Made by a program: the position numbers and the translations under genes
Part shown: positions 46,106 to 55,076 of the stretch, in pieces
Layout of the letters: each line of letters opens with the position of its first letter
Numbering within the stretch: position 1 is the first letter of the stretch
The notes under the pieces: generated by a model
Told to the model about the DNA's origin: nothing
What the model saw: the letters and a program-made list of their open reading frames with translations, nothing else
Database searches by the model: none
Origin: Armatimonadia bacterium
GTDB lineage: Bacteria; Armatimonadota; Zipacnadia; Zipacnadales; UBA11051
Direction of reading: 5' to 3'
NCBI GenBank assembly: GCA_039683575.1
Contig: JBDKRC010000162.1
Coordinates: 1 to 59,821, forward strand
Length of the DNA: 59,821 bases

Positions 46106-46651
46106 ATGCTCAGGGCACGGACGCTTGCGGAGTGGGAAGCCGAGCATAGCCCGGTCGAGGCGTTTACGCCTGACAGACCGGAAAGCCCGCCTCTGGACTG
46201 GCAGTGGGAGAGGCGGGCGGTGAAGTGGTATGCGCTCGTGGTGCTTTTGTTGGCGTGCCCGGTGCTGTGGCAGGTGCGCGAACAGCACCAGCAGCAGGTC
46301 TTTGTCAGGCGCGAGCAGCAGCGGAAGGCGATGCTGACGCTGGAGTTGCAGCCGCCGCCGACAGTGGCGCGAGGACCGGCGGAACGCCGGTCAGGAGGCG
46401 GGTCCGCGGGTACCTGGGTCGTGACAGGGGCGGGTGACGCGACCTACAACGGCACCTACAGGAAGCGCGGCGCACTCAACGGCCAGCCGGCGTACACCAA
46501 TGGCAGCAAGTGGCTGTGGTACATTGGAGGCCATTGGCTTTTGACAGAGGAGCGAGGGGTGGCTGATCCTGACGCGCCGTATGGTAGCAGCCCCGGGGAA
46601 CTGCCGGGCAACCCCTGGGTGCCGCTGCCTCCGTACAGGCCGCCATCCTGA
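46106..46651 (+). CDS. Hypothetical single-TM protein with small Gly/Tyr/Trp-rich C-terminal domain
   Basis: TM (WYALVVLLLACPVLW); VTGAGDATYNGTY...NGQPAY..WLWY; start uncertain. Confidence 0.5.
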   Translation: MLRARTLAEWEAEHSPVEAFTPDRPESPPLDWQWERRAVKWYALVVLLLACPVLWQVREQHQQQVFVRREQQRKAMLTLELQPPPTVARGPAERRSGGGSAGTWVVTGAGDATYNGTYRKRGALNGQPAYTNGSKWLWYIGGHWLLTEERGVADPDAPYGSSPGELPGNPWVPLPPYRPPS

Positions 46652-46749
46652 TCCATAGGGTCGCACCCCATCGATCAGGCGTCCGCTCCGACCTGCTGCG
46701 GTACCGGCTCTCGTGACCTTGGGCTTTTCGGCCGGGCCTTACCCCGGCC

Positions 46750-48957
46750 TTGCAGTCGTACAGAATCGTCATCTTCCCTGATCGGGAAGCGAGGTGCATC
46801 TGTAGGGCCCGCGTCATCTGCGGTCGCTGCCGTCACGAGCATCCCCTTGGGGCCCGGGTCTGCGAGGCCTGTGGGAGCAAACTGTTCGCCCTCGAACTGC
46901 GCCGCGCAATGGGTCGCAACCCGTGGAACTGGGCCCAGGGCACGGCTGTGGGGCAGATGGCCCCCTTCGCTCTCGTCATCCTCCTGCTGATCTCCGCCGC
47001 ACTGCTGAACGTCTCGCCCGGGGCGTGGCGCCAACTCCTGCTCAGCTTTGGGCTGGTGGGCCTGGTCACGCTTGGCGTGACCTTCCCCCTGATGAAGGGG
47101 CACTACGATTTCAGCGCCGGGTCGCTCGCCGGCCTGTGCGCCTGCACGGCCGCGGTGTTGTCACCATATGGCTTCGGCGCCGCGATTGCGGGCGCGCTCG
47201 CAGTCGGATGTCTGGTGGGCCTGGTCAATGGGTACATGGTGGGCTGGACACGCATCCCGTCGGCGATGGTGACGGTGATGACAGGGGCGATTGCCCTGCA
47301 ACTCACCATCTACGCGACCTCCCGCGCCACAACGGTGGTTACCGACCCGCTGCTGCTATCGCTGGCAGACACGGACGTGGGCGGCATTCCCGTCATCCTC
47401 GCGCTGTTTGTGGTGGCTCTCATGGCCGCCCGGGTACTGTTCGGGCATCCGACGTTCACCCCGGTTGGGCAAGCGCAGAACCATCTGCAAGCCGCCGACT
47501 TCGCCGCTCCCCCCAATGTTCTGTTGAGCTTCCTGGTCAGTGGCCTCGCGGCAGGACTGGCGGGGCTGCTGATTGCCGGCTCGAGCATGAGCATCATCGG
47601 CTCCGGCGGACAGATGGTCTGGATGCTTACGCCACTGACGGCTGCGCTGATCGGGGGCGGCTCGGTCACCGCCGGCACAGGGAACCTGCGTACGGCGACA
47701 ATCGGCGCAGCGTCGATTGCGCTGCTGAACTGGCTGGCGACGCAGCTTCGCATGCCCATCTCGGGGCCGATCATCGAGGCCCCGCTGCTGGTCGCCGGAC
47801 TGCTGGCGGATCGCTGGAAGAACATGACGTGGTACATGATCGGCCAGGCCCGCCGGGGGAACCTGCTGGCCTTGCCTGATGAGATGCAGCTACCGATGGT
47901 CGTCCGCGTGTGGCGTCGCACCACGTGGCCGATGCGCATCGCCAGCGCGCTGATGCTGATTGCTGTGGCGGTTGGGCTCTACGCCTACATCGGGTACTAC
48001 GTCGTGGGGCGCGTTCCTGAAGGGACTGCCATTGTCAGCCGCAGCGTGGGGACGGTGGAGGTGATCCGCTACGGCACCAGAGAGCCGGTAGCCGTGGCGA
48101 GTGGGAGCAGCCTGAAACCCGGCGACATGGTGGTCACCGGCGATCGGTCCAGCGCAGACCTCCGCTTTGCCGATGGAAGCGAGATGCAGGTCTTCCAAAA
48201 TGGCGAGCTGTACATCAGGGAGCTTTCCACCTCGCGTACGGGCGCGACCACGACGCAACTCCACGTCCCCTTTGGAACCTTCTTTGCCAAGGTGCGCAAG
48301 CTGGTGAGCCGCGATTCGAGCTTCAGCGTGCAGACGCCGGTGCTGACCCTGGGGGTGCGCGGTACGGCTTTCCAGGTGTCGGTGGGGCAGGGCCAGGGCG
48401 ATGTGGCGGTCGGCGAGGGCGCGGTGGTCATCAGCAGGCGGGTGAAGGTCGAGGAAGCAGGTTTGACACGGTTCTATGAGGATGCCCGTGAGGTCGAAGC
48501 CGGTAAGCAGGCCCAGGCGGGCGAGAATACCATTGTCCGGCCAATGACCAAGGGACAGCTTGATCTCCTGCAAAGCACTGAAGATCAACTCGCCCAGCAG
48601 AGCAAACAGACGCGTCTGGCAGTGCTGCACGCGCGGGCGTACCGCGGGGTCTGGGTTCTCGTGATCGCGCTGTACCTTATCGCCATGATCTGCCTGAAGC
48701 CGGCGCCTCAGGTGTACATCGGGGATCTCGTCGCCGAGAGGGCGAGGATCTTCACCGCCGGCCATGCGCGGACGGCGGCGGATTCGCCTAAGGCGGCTGC
48801 GCTGGCTCAGATGTTCATGCGCACGGGGAATGTTGAGCAGGCCCGCTATGAAATCCAGCAGATCCTGGAGCATGACCCCAATAGCGAGTACGGCAAGTGG
48901 GCGCAGAGCTTCTGGCTGGACATGGAGCGGCAACGACGGCGGGGCCTGCGGGGTTGA
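46750..48957 (+). CDS. Fusion: zinc ribbon + RbsC-type ABC permease + FecR domain + TPR-like tail
   Basis: CGRC..CEACG; GHYDFSAGS, GLVNG..IPS..VT, AALIGGGS..GTG (permease); GDMVVTG..ADLRFADGS, VQTP..GVRGT.F, VAVGEGAV (FecR); ILEHDPNS TPR-like end. Confidence 0.85.
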   Translation: MQSYRIVIFPDREARCICRARVICGRCRHEHPLGARVCEACGSKLFALELRRAMGRNPWNWAQGTAVGQMAPFALVILLLISAALLNVSPGAWRQLLLSFGLVGLVTLGVTFPLMKGHYDFSAGSLAGLCACTAAVLSPYGFGAAIAGALAVGCLVGLVNGYMVGWTRIPSAMVTVMTGAIALQLTIYATSRATTVVTDPLLLSLADTDVGGIPVILALFVVALMAARVLFGHPTFTPVGQAQNHLQAADFAAPPNVLLSFLVSGLAAGLAGLLIAGSSMSIIGSGGQMVWMLTPLTAALIGGGSVTAGTGNLRTATIGAASIALLNWLATQLRMPISGPIIEAPLLVAGLLADRWKNMTWYMIGQARRGNLLALPDEMQLPMVVRVWRRTTWPMRIASALMLIAVAVGLYAYIGYYVVGRVPEGTAIVSRSVGTVEVIRYGTREPVAVASGSSLKPGDMVVTGDRSSADLRFADGSEMQVFQNGELYIRELSTSRTGATTTQLHVPFGTFFAKVRKLVSRDSSFSVQTPVLTLGVRGTAFQVSVGQGQGDVAVGEGAVVISRRVKVEEAGLTRFYEDAREVEAGKQAQAGENTIVRPMTKGQLDLLQSTEDQLAQQSKQTRLAVLHARAYRGVWVLVIALYLIAMICLKPAPQVYIGDLVAERARIFTAGHARTAADSPKAAALAQMFMRTGNVEQARYEIQQILEHDPNSEYGKWAQSFWLDMERQRRRGLRG

Positions 48958-48980
48958 GGCCGCCGGTCATCATTGGGAAG

Positions 48981-49016
48981 ACACTGCCCTGCCAACTCTG
49001 GCAGGGCAGTGTTTTT
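48981..49016 (+). terminator. Intrinsic terminator
   Basis: ACACTGCCCTGCCA-actc-TGGCAGGGCAGTGT-TTTT. Confidence 0.88.
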
Positions 49017-49099
49017 CTGCACCGTCCTACAACACGAACCCGGCTTGGCCTCGCGGCGTCTGCTGGTATGGGGAAGCTTGAGAGAGGAAGGCACAGGTC

Positions 49100-49375
49100 A
49101 TGTGGCGCGTGTGGCTGGTGCTGGCGGCTGGAGCCATGGTGGGACTGGTGACCCAACCGCCGGACAGTGTGCCGGATGCGACGCAGCAACAAGTGGCGCA
49201 GGCTGACCGGCAAGTCGCCTGTCAGATGGCCCCGAGCACGTACTGCTCGGCGGCCGACCTGGGAGCCGCTATGTGGAATGAGAACCTCCCGCCACCAGTT
49301 CCGGGCGGCTCGCAGTCGCTGCTCTGGAGGCTGCGTGTGGACGAATACGGGAGCTATCGCCGGATGTTGCAGTAA
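49100..49375 (+). CDS. Small putative exported protein
   Basis: Signal-like N-terminus, purine-rich RBS. Confidence 0.5.
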   Translation: MWRVWLVLAAGAMVGLVTQPPDSVPDATQQQVAQADRQVACQMAPSTYCSAADLGAAMWNENLPPPVPGGSQSLLWRLRVDEYGSYRRMLQ

Positions 49376-49413
49376 CCTTCCTCTCGACCATCGTTTCGAG
49401 AGGTTGTTTTTCC

Positions 49414-49824
49414 ATGCAAGAGTTCATTCAGATGGTAACACAGCGCCTGGGCATTTCCGAGAGCCAGGCGACGTCAGCGACGGGGGGACTGCTCAAGGGG
49501 CTGCAGCAGCATATCAGCGAGCAGGACTTCAGCGAACTGCAAGAGAAGCTGCCGGGAAGCCAGGAAGTGATGCAGGAGGCTCCGGAGCAGGAAGCGGCAG
49601 GCGGGAGCCTCCTCGCGAAGGTAGGGTCACTCGGCGGCACGCTCGGCACGGTCGGCGGGCTGATCGCCCCGTTGACCAAGTCGGGTCTGACCCAGGACAA
49701 GGCCTCGGGCTTCATCCAGATGTTCCTGGACTACGTCCGCAGTAAGGCGGGGGCGGACCTGCTGGGGCGGATCGTCGGCCAGGTGCCCGGGCTCAGCGCG
49801 CTGGCAGGACAACCCACACAGTAA
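49414..49824 (+). CDS. DUF2780-like protein
   Basis: LGISESQATSATGGLL..DFSELQEKLPG, SGL..DKASGFI..FLDYV. Confidence 0.75.
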   Translation: MQEFIQMVTQRLGISESQATSATGGLLKGLQQHISEQDFSELQEKLPGSQEVMQEAPEQEAAGGSLLAKVGSLGGTLGTVGGLIAPLTKSGLTQDKASGFIQMFLDYVRSKAGADLLGRIVGQVPGLSALAGQPTQ

Positions 49825-49840
49825 GCACCCCCCAACACCG

Positions 49841-49870
49841 GCAGGACTCTTCGGGCTCTTGTGCGAAGAC
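49841..49870 (+). promoter_or_regulatory. SigH-like promoter motif
   Basis: GCAGGA-N18-GAAGAC. Confidence 0.45.
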
Positions 49871-49940
49871 TAGAGCGTCACGGCACAAGAGCCCGTCTGT
49901 GTGCGTCAGGCGGCGGGCATAGGCCTTACGGAGGCGAACC

Positions 49941-50771
49941 ATGCACCTGTCAACAGCACTACGTCAGCTTCTGGCCGCGGGGGACACCGTGGTCATGCCC
50001 GATGCGTATGACCCGCTGTCAGCGCGGATCATCGAGAGGATGGGCTTCCCGGCTGTGCAGTGCTCCGGGTTCAGCATGGCCCTGAGCGCCTGCTCCCCTG
50101 AACCCAGCTTTGGGCTCAAGCGCAACGTGGCAGCCACGAAGGCGATCTGCGGGGCTGTGAAGGTGCCGGTGATGGCGGATGGGGAGGACGGGTTTGGGGA
50201 TGTCTCGGCCATCCCGGCGACCATATCGGCTTTCATTGAGGCGGGCGTGGCGGGAATCAACCTTGAGGACCAGGTTCTGGGCGAGCCGGGGCCGAAGCGG
50301 TTGATTGAGATGGGGGCGGCAGTGGAGAAGCTGCAGGCAGCAAGGGACGCGGCTTCCGAGGCAGGCGCGGCGGACGTGATCATCAATGGGCGGACGGATG
50401 CTCTGGCGGCGGACCCCGAGGGAGGTCTGGAGGAGGCGATAGTCAGAGGCAACGCCTACCTCGAGGCTGGGGCGGACCTGGTGTTCGTCGTCGGCGTGAG
50501 TACCGCCGAGCAGGTGGAGAAGCTGGTGGCGGGGCTGCAGGGGCCGCTTAGCATCGCGGCGGGGATGCCGAACAACATGCACCTGAGCCTGGCTGAGCTG
50601 AAGAGGCTCGGGGTGAGGAGGGTGAGCCTGCCGTCGCTGGCGATCTTCAGCGCCATCAAGGCGATTCAGCGGTCGCTGCAGAGCGTGGTGGATACGGAGG
50701 GGTTTGAGGAGTTGGGGGCGGGGGAGGCGCTGGTGTCGATGCAGGACGTGATGGGGCTGTTGGCGCCGTGA
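49941..50771 (+). CDS. Isocitrate lyase/PEP mutase family protein
   Basis: AYDPLSARI, ADGEDGFG, GINLEDQ, INGRTDA, AYLEAGAD; lacks the KxCGH motif of methylisocitrate lyase. Confidence 0.9.
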   Translation: MHLSTALRQLLAAGDTVVMPDAYDPLSARIIERMGFPAVQCSGFSMALSACSPEPSFGLKRNVAATKAICGAVKVPVMADGEDGFGDVSAIPATISAFIEAGVAGINLEDQVLGEPGPKRLIEMGAAVEKLQAARDAASEAGAADVIINGRTDALAADPEGGLEEAIVRGNAYLEAGADLVFVVGVSTAEQVEKLVAGLQGPLSIAAGMPNNMHLSLAELKRLGVRRVSLPSLAIFSAIKAIQRSLQSVVDTEGFEELGAGEALVSMQDVMGLLAP

Positions 50772-50816
50772 GATGACGGCGGGGTTGTCGGTTGCCGGTC
50801 AGCGGAACGTAGTGGT

Positions 50817-50904
50817 CAAAATGGGGACGGAGCCTTCGCGCCGGAGTTTGCCTGGTCGGCTCCATTGAAGCGAGCATCGGCGCGAAGGCTCCGTCCCCAT
50901 CTTG
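50817..50904. repeat. Palindromic MITE/REP-like element, family P copy 2
   Basis: CAAAATGGGGACGGAGCCTTCGCGCCG ... CGGCGCGAAGGCTCCGTCCCCATCTTG. Confidence 0.85.
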
Positions 50905-50943
50905 GGCGACAACTCGCGCTGCTGGCGCCGTGACGCAACGGCG

Positions 50944-50971
50944 GGGATGCTTCACTTCGTTCAGCATGACA
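50944..50971 (-). repeat. GTCATSCTGA-family repeat half-unit
   Basis: Minus strand TGTCATGCTGAACGAAGTGAAGCATCCC, related to 25456-25493. Confidence 0.55.
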
Positions 50972-51026
50972 ATACTTGCGGGCTCAGGCTTGCTGCCTGG
51001 CGCGTCTGTCCCTCCGCTTGCTTTCG

Positions 51027-51035
51027 TGATATAAT
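51027..51035 (+). promoter_or_regulatory. Extended -10 promoter element
   Basis: TGATATAAT about 45 nt upstream of the DMT gene. Confidence 0.55.
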
Positions 51036-51079
51036 CCGCCGCCAGTGCCTCACTCACCGACGCAAGGACGTTCTTCCGG

Positions 51080-51424
51080 ATGCTCAAACTCACCCCACTG
51101 ATTCTCCTCGTCTTTTCCAACCTCTTCATGACCTACGCGTGGTACGGCCACCTCAAGGACTTCCGTGACAAGCCGCTGCTGATCGTGATCGCGCTTAGCT
51201 GGGGAGTGGCGCTGGCGGAGTATTGCCTGCAGGTGCCGGCCAACCGGATCGGCATCTCGTTTTTCTCCCTGCCACAGCTCAAGGTCATGCAGGAGATCAT
51301 CGCGATGGCCGTGTTCGCGGTGTTTGCGGTGGTGTACATGAAGCAGAGCCTGCGCCTGGATTTCCTGTGGGCAGGGGTCTGCCTGTGCGGGGCGGCGTAC
51401 TTCATGTTCCGCGGGGTGAAGTAG
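51080..51424 (+). CDS. DMT family protein (DUF486)
   Basis: SNLFMTYAWYGHL, SWGVALAEYCLQVPANRIG, QLKVMQE. Confidence 0.92.
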   Translation: MLKLTPLILLVFSNLFMTYAWYGHLKDFRDKPLLIVIALSWGVALAEYCLQVPANRIGISFFSLPQLKVMQEIIAMAVFAVFAVVYMKQSLRLDFLWAGVCLCGAAYFMFRGVK

Positions 51425-51429
51425 GGCCG

Positions 51430-52794
51430 TTAGTTCCGCAGCCCCTGTAGCGGCGCGGGGATCCTGCTGCCGCGCTTGACGAAGCGGCTGCTGTTGAGGC
51501 TGCTGACCGGCATTATCGGCGCGCGGCCGAGCAGACCGCCGAACTCGATCATCTCCCCGACTTTCTTCCCCGGTGCAGGTATCAGACGGACAGCCGTTGT
51601 CTTGTTGTTGATGACACCGATGGCGGCTTCGTCGGCGATGATGGCGGAGAGGGTCTCCGCCGGGGTGTCGCCGGGGACCGCGATCATGTCCAGGCCCACC
51701 GAGCACACTGCCGTCATTGCCTCGAGCTTCTCAATGGTCAGCACTCCTGCCTCGGCTGCCTCGATCATGCCGAGGTCCTCGCTGACGGGGATGAAGGCGC
51801 CGCTGAGGCCGCCGGCGTAGGAGGTGGCCATCAGGCCGCCCTTCTTCACTGCGTCGTTGAGCAACGCCAGCGCCGCGGTACTGCCCGCCGCTCCGCACTT
51901 CTCCAGCCCCATCTCCTCCAGAATGTGTGCCACGCTATCGCCGACCGCTGACGTCGGGGCCAGTGACAGGTCCACGATCCCGAAGGGAACGTTCAGGCGG
52001 CGGGAGGCCTCCTGGGCGACTACCTGGCCCATGCGGGTGATCTTGAAGGCGGTCTTCTTCACCGTCTCGGAGACGGCGCCAAGGTCGCCGTCCGGGACCC
52101 TCTCAAGCGCGCGCTTGACGACGCCGGGGCCGCTGACGCCGACATTCACGCAGACCTCGGGCTCGCCGATGCCATGGAAAGCGCCGGCCATGAAGGGATT
52201 GTCTTCGGTGGCGTTGGCGAAGACGACGAGCTTGGCGCAGCCGAGGCCGCACTGGGCGGCGGTGAGGCGCGCGGTCTCCTTGAGGACTTCGCCCATCTGG
52301 GCGACGGCGTCCATGTTGATGCCGGCGCGGGTGGTGGCTACGTTGACTGAGCCGCAGACGACCTGAGTGCTGGCGAGGGCCTCGGGGAGGGCCTCGATGA
52401 GCGCGGCGTCGCCGCGAGTGTAGCCCTTGTGGACGAGGGCGGAGAAGCCGCCGATGAAGTCCACGCCGACTTCGCGGGCGGTCTCGTCGAGGGTCTGAGC
52501 GAGGGCGAGGAAGCCTTCGCGGGTGTGCCCGTCGCCGACGAGGCCGATGGGGGTCACGGAGAGGCGCTTGTTGATGATCGGGATGCCGAACTCATGGGCG
52601 ATCTCCTGGGCCACCGGCACGAGGCGGTCGGCCAGTCGCACGATCTTCTCGCGGATGGCACGCTGCATCGCCGCAAGGTCCCGCCCGGTGCAATCCCGCA
52701 GCGAGATGCCCATGGTGATGGTGCGGATGTCGAGGTTTTCCTCCTCGATCATCTGCAGGGTTTCCATGACTTCAGAGGTGTGAAACAGGTGCAT
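51430..52794 (-). CDS. DUF711/UPF0210 (PFL-family) protein
   Basis: [58 protein letters not shown]. Confidence 0.95.
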   Translation of the reverse strand: MHLFHTSEVMETLQMIEEENLDIRTITMGISLRDCTGRDLAAMQRAIREKIVRLADRLVPVAQEIAHEFGIPIINKRLSVTPIGLVGDGHTREGFLALAQTLDETAREVGVDFIGGFSALVHKGYTRGDAALIEALPEALASTQVVCGSVNVATTRAGINMDAVAQMGEVLKETARLTAAQCGLGCAKLVVFANATEDNPFMAGAFHGIGEPEVCVNVGVSGPGVVKRALERVPDGDLGAVSETVKKTAFKITRMGQVVAQEASRRLNVPFGIVDLSLAPTSAVGDSVAHILEEMGLEKCGAAGSTAALALLNDAVKKGGLMATSYAGGLSGAFIPVSEDLGMIEAAEAGVLTIEKLEAMTAVCSVGLDMIAVPGDTPAETLSAIIADEAAIGVINNKTTAVRLIPAPGKKVGEMIEFGGLLGRAPIMPVSSLNSSRFVKRGSRIPAPLQGLRN

Positions 52795-52829
52795 AGACTG
52801 TCCCCATTCTGTTCCGCGGGTGACTCGAG

Positions 52830-53105
52830 CTAGATCCGATGCATGGCTGAGAAGACGGCCTCATGCTGCACCCGTACCTGAACTCCCAGTTCATCGCCCC
52901 TGGCCTGCAACCGCTCGGCCAGTTCCGGCAGCGCCAACTGGTCTTCCGGCAGTTCGGTGATCATGATCATGGTGAAGTAGTCCTGCAAAATGGTCTGGCT
53001 GATGTCGAGGATGTTGACGCTGCTCTCGGCCAGAACCGCCGTGATGCCGGCGATGATGCCGACGCGGTCCTTGCCGAGTACGGTGATGACTGCTTTCACC
53101 TGCAA
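52830..53105 (-). CDS. ACT domain protein (UPF0237)
   Basis: [35 protein letters not shown]; usual partner of DUF711. Confidence 0.93.
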   Translation of the reverse strand: MQVKAVITVLGKDRVGIIAGITAVLAESSVNILDISQTILQDYFTMIMITELPEDQLALPELAERLQARGDELGVQVRVQHEAVFSAMHRI

Positions 53106-53257
53106 TGCCCCTTTCGTGGGTGGCCATTGGGCTGCGCCGACATATTAGCCTCTTTTGGCGTTCGTTGCCAACACTGCCTGGGTGGTCAGGCCGCGGAAGA
53201 GGCCGGTCTTCGTCTGGTCATTGGCTCCGGAGCAGGTTGTTTGGGAACACGAAATAC

Positions 53258-53286
53258 TTGTAGCTTGCCCAGCGTTATGCTAAAAT
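53258..53286 (+). promoter_or_regulatory. Putative sigma70-type promoter of the glycosylation/exosortase locus
   Basis: TTGTAG-N17-TAAAAT with TG extension. Confidence 0.5.
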
Positions 53287-53334
53287 TCCCGTCAATATTG
53301 CGAGAGGGGATGGTTGCCACCTGGGAGGCTGTCT

Positions 53335-55017
53335 ATGCGGGAGAACGCGCCTGTACCGAAGAGTTTGCGGCTGTGGCTTGCGGGCGCGATACTCGCCGTC
53401 GGGATAGCCTTCATCTTCGTGGTCTTCCAGGCCGCCAGAATGGCAGAGGTGTCTGATCCGCGTGCGATGGATCAGGCCCAGATTGCCCGCAATCTCAGCC
53501 GTGGCGCCGGGTACACCACACGGCTGCTTCGCCCGCTGAGCCTCTCACAGATACCCCAGGTCGAGAACCACCCGGAACTCGTCAACGCCCCGCTCCATCC
53601 CGTGTGCATGTCGATCATGTTCCGGATCTTTGGCCCTTCCGCCCGCACGGTGTCGTGGACCTCGGGCCTGGCCTTTCTCCTGACCATTCCTCTCGTGCTG
53701 TGGCTCGCGTGGCATGTCTTCTCCCGCAAGGTGGCCATGCTGGCGATCTTCATCGTAGCGACTAACATCGGCCTGCTCAATGTGGCGGTTTCCGGCACGG
53801 AGGGGGCGCTGCTTGGCCTGCTGTTCACGGCGGTATGCCTCGTCCTGGTGTATCAGGCCGAACGTCCCGCCCTGCGGCTGATTCTCAGCGCCGCTGCCGG
53901 GGGCCTGGCGGCGCTGCTTTATCTCACCAACTACCTCTGGATCGTGGCGCTGGCGCCGATCCTGCTGGTTGTCATCCTCAACACCCCCGCCAGTCGCCGC
54001 GTCACGCATATCGCAGTGTTCCTCGCGGCCTTTCTGCTTTTTGCCGCGCCCTGGATGGTGCGCACATGGCGCGTCACCGGCAATCCGCTATTCAACCTCA
54101 GCGCCTATGACGTCATGCTGTCCACCCGCAGCCATCCCGGCAACACGATCTATCGCTCCTACGAGTCGACGCCGCCCGGCGTGCTTTCCTTCGTCCTGAC
54201 CGCTCCGCGCGAGATCTACCAGAAGATGCGTGATGCCGCTGCTGAGTTCTATCCGCTCATCTTCAGTCTTGCCGGTGTGGTGATCATGCCCTTCTTCATC
54301 GTGGCGACGATGATCCCAATGGGGAATACGGGAGTTGATCGCACTCGTCTGGGCGTCTACGGCACGATTCTTCTGATTTTCCTTGCTTTGTGCCTGACAG
54401 CGCCCGATGGTCGCTTGCTGATGCCAGTGGCCGGGGTCGCTACTGTCGTCGCGGCGGCGTTCTTCTACCAGCTTCTGGATCTGCGCGTACGCAGTCTGAC
54501 GGGCCGGATGCAAAATCGCTGGGCCAGCACGGCAGTGACGATCTTGCTACTCGTTCACGCCATACCGCTGTTCCTGCAGTTGGCGCCCGGACGTCCCATG
54601 GGTGCGGCAGCGCCGTTGGCTGTCCGGCGGGCCAGCGACGAGCTGCGGGCCGTGATCAGAGACAGTGGCGGGGGGAGTGAAACCGCTCCGGCGGCGGTGT
54701 ATACCGACATGCCGTGGGCGGTGGCCTGGTACGCGGACCGGCCCGCCATCTGGATGCCGCGCAACGACATGGACATCCGCCGCCTCGAACAAAAGATCGG
54801 GCAGGTACGATGGCTGGTGCTGACCCCGCAGGTACTCGAGGTCGCGGGGCCCGAACTGGCCGACAGATGGGCCAGTCTCTGGCGTTCCGGATGGAGTGAA
54901 ACGGTTACCACCGGCCAATGGCGCGTTCGGCAACGCTTCGCCAATGGGAACTGGATTCTCTTTGAGAGGGTCCCAGATGTAGCCTCTGTCGGTAGCCTCA
55001 CCGGTTCGACCCCCTGA
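53335..55017 (+). CDS. GT-C fold glycosyltransferase (ArnT/PMT, family 39-like)
   Basis: D.AQIARNL..G.GY, PLHP, TE, PWMVRTWRVTGNP; many TMs; GGAGG RBS. Confidence 0.8.
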   Translation: MRENAPVPKSLRLWLAGAILAVGIAFIFVVFQAARMAEVSDPRAMDQAQIARNLSRGAGYTTRLLRPLSLSQIPQVENHPELVNAPLHPVCMSIMFRIFGPSARTVSWTSGLAFLLTIPLVLWLAWHVFSRKVAMLAIFIVATNIGLLNVAVSGTEGALLGLLFTAVCLVLVYQAERPALRLILSAAAGGLAALLYLTNYLWIVALAPILLVVILNTPASRRVTHIAVFLAAFLLFAAPWMVRTWRVTGNPLFNLSAYDVMLSTRSHPGNTIYRSYESTPPGVLSFVLTAPREIYQKMRDAAAEFYPLIFSLAGVVIMPFFIVATMIPMGNTGVDRTRLGVYGTILLIFLALCLTAPDGRLLMPVAGVATVVAAAFFYQLLDLRVRSLTGRMQNRWASTAVTILLLVHAIPLFLQLAPGRPMGAAAPLAVRRASDELRAVIRDSGGGSETAPAAVYTDMPWAVAWYADRPAIWMPRNDMDIRRLEQKIGQVRWLVLTPQVLEVAGPELADRWASLWRSGWSETVTTGQWRVRQRFANGNWILFERVPDVASVGSLTGSTP

Positions 55018-55076
55018 CGCCCGGGCTATTGGCGAGATGAATCCGCTTCGATTGCACGATAGACGAATATCACCAC

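Noticed and set aside
49941-50771. Calling this gene prpB or aceA
   Set aside because: It lacks the KxCGH catalytic loop; only the superfamily is supported.
53232-53256. Other GCAGG...GAA occurrences (53232, 6153, 23070 minus) as SigH-like promoters
   Set aside because: Spacers are 12-13 nt rather than 17-18.
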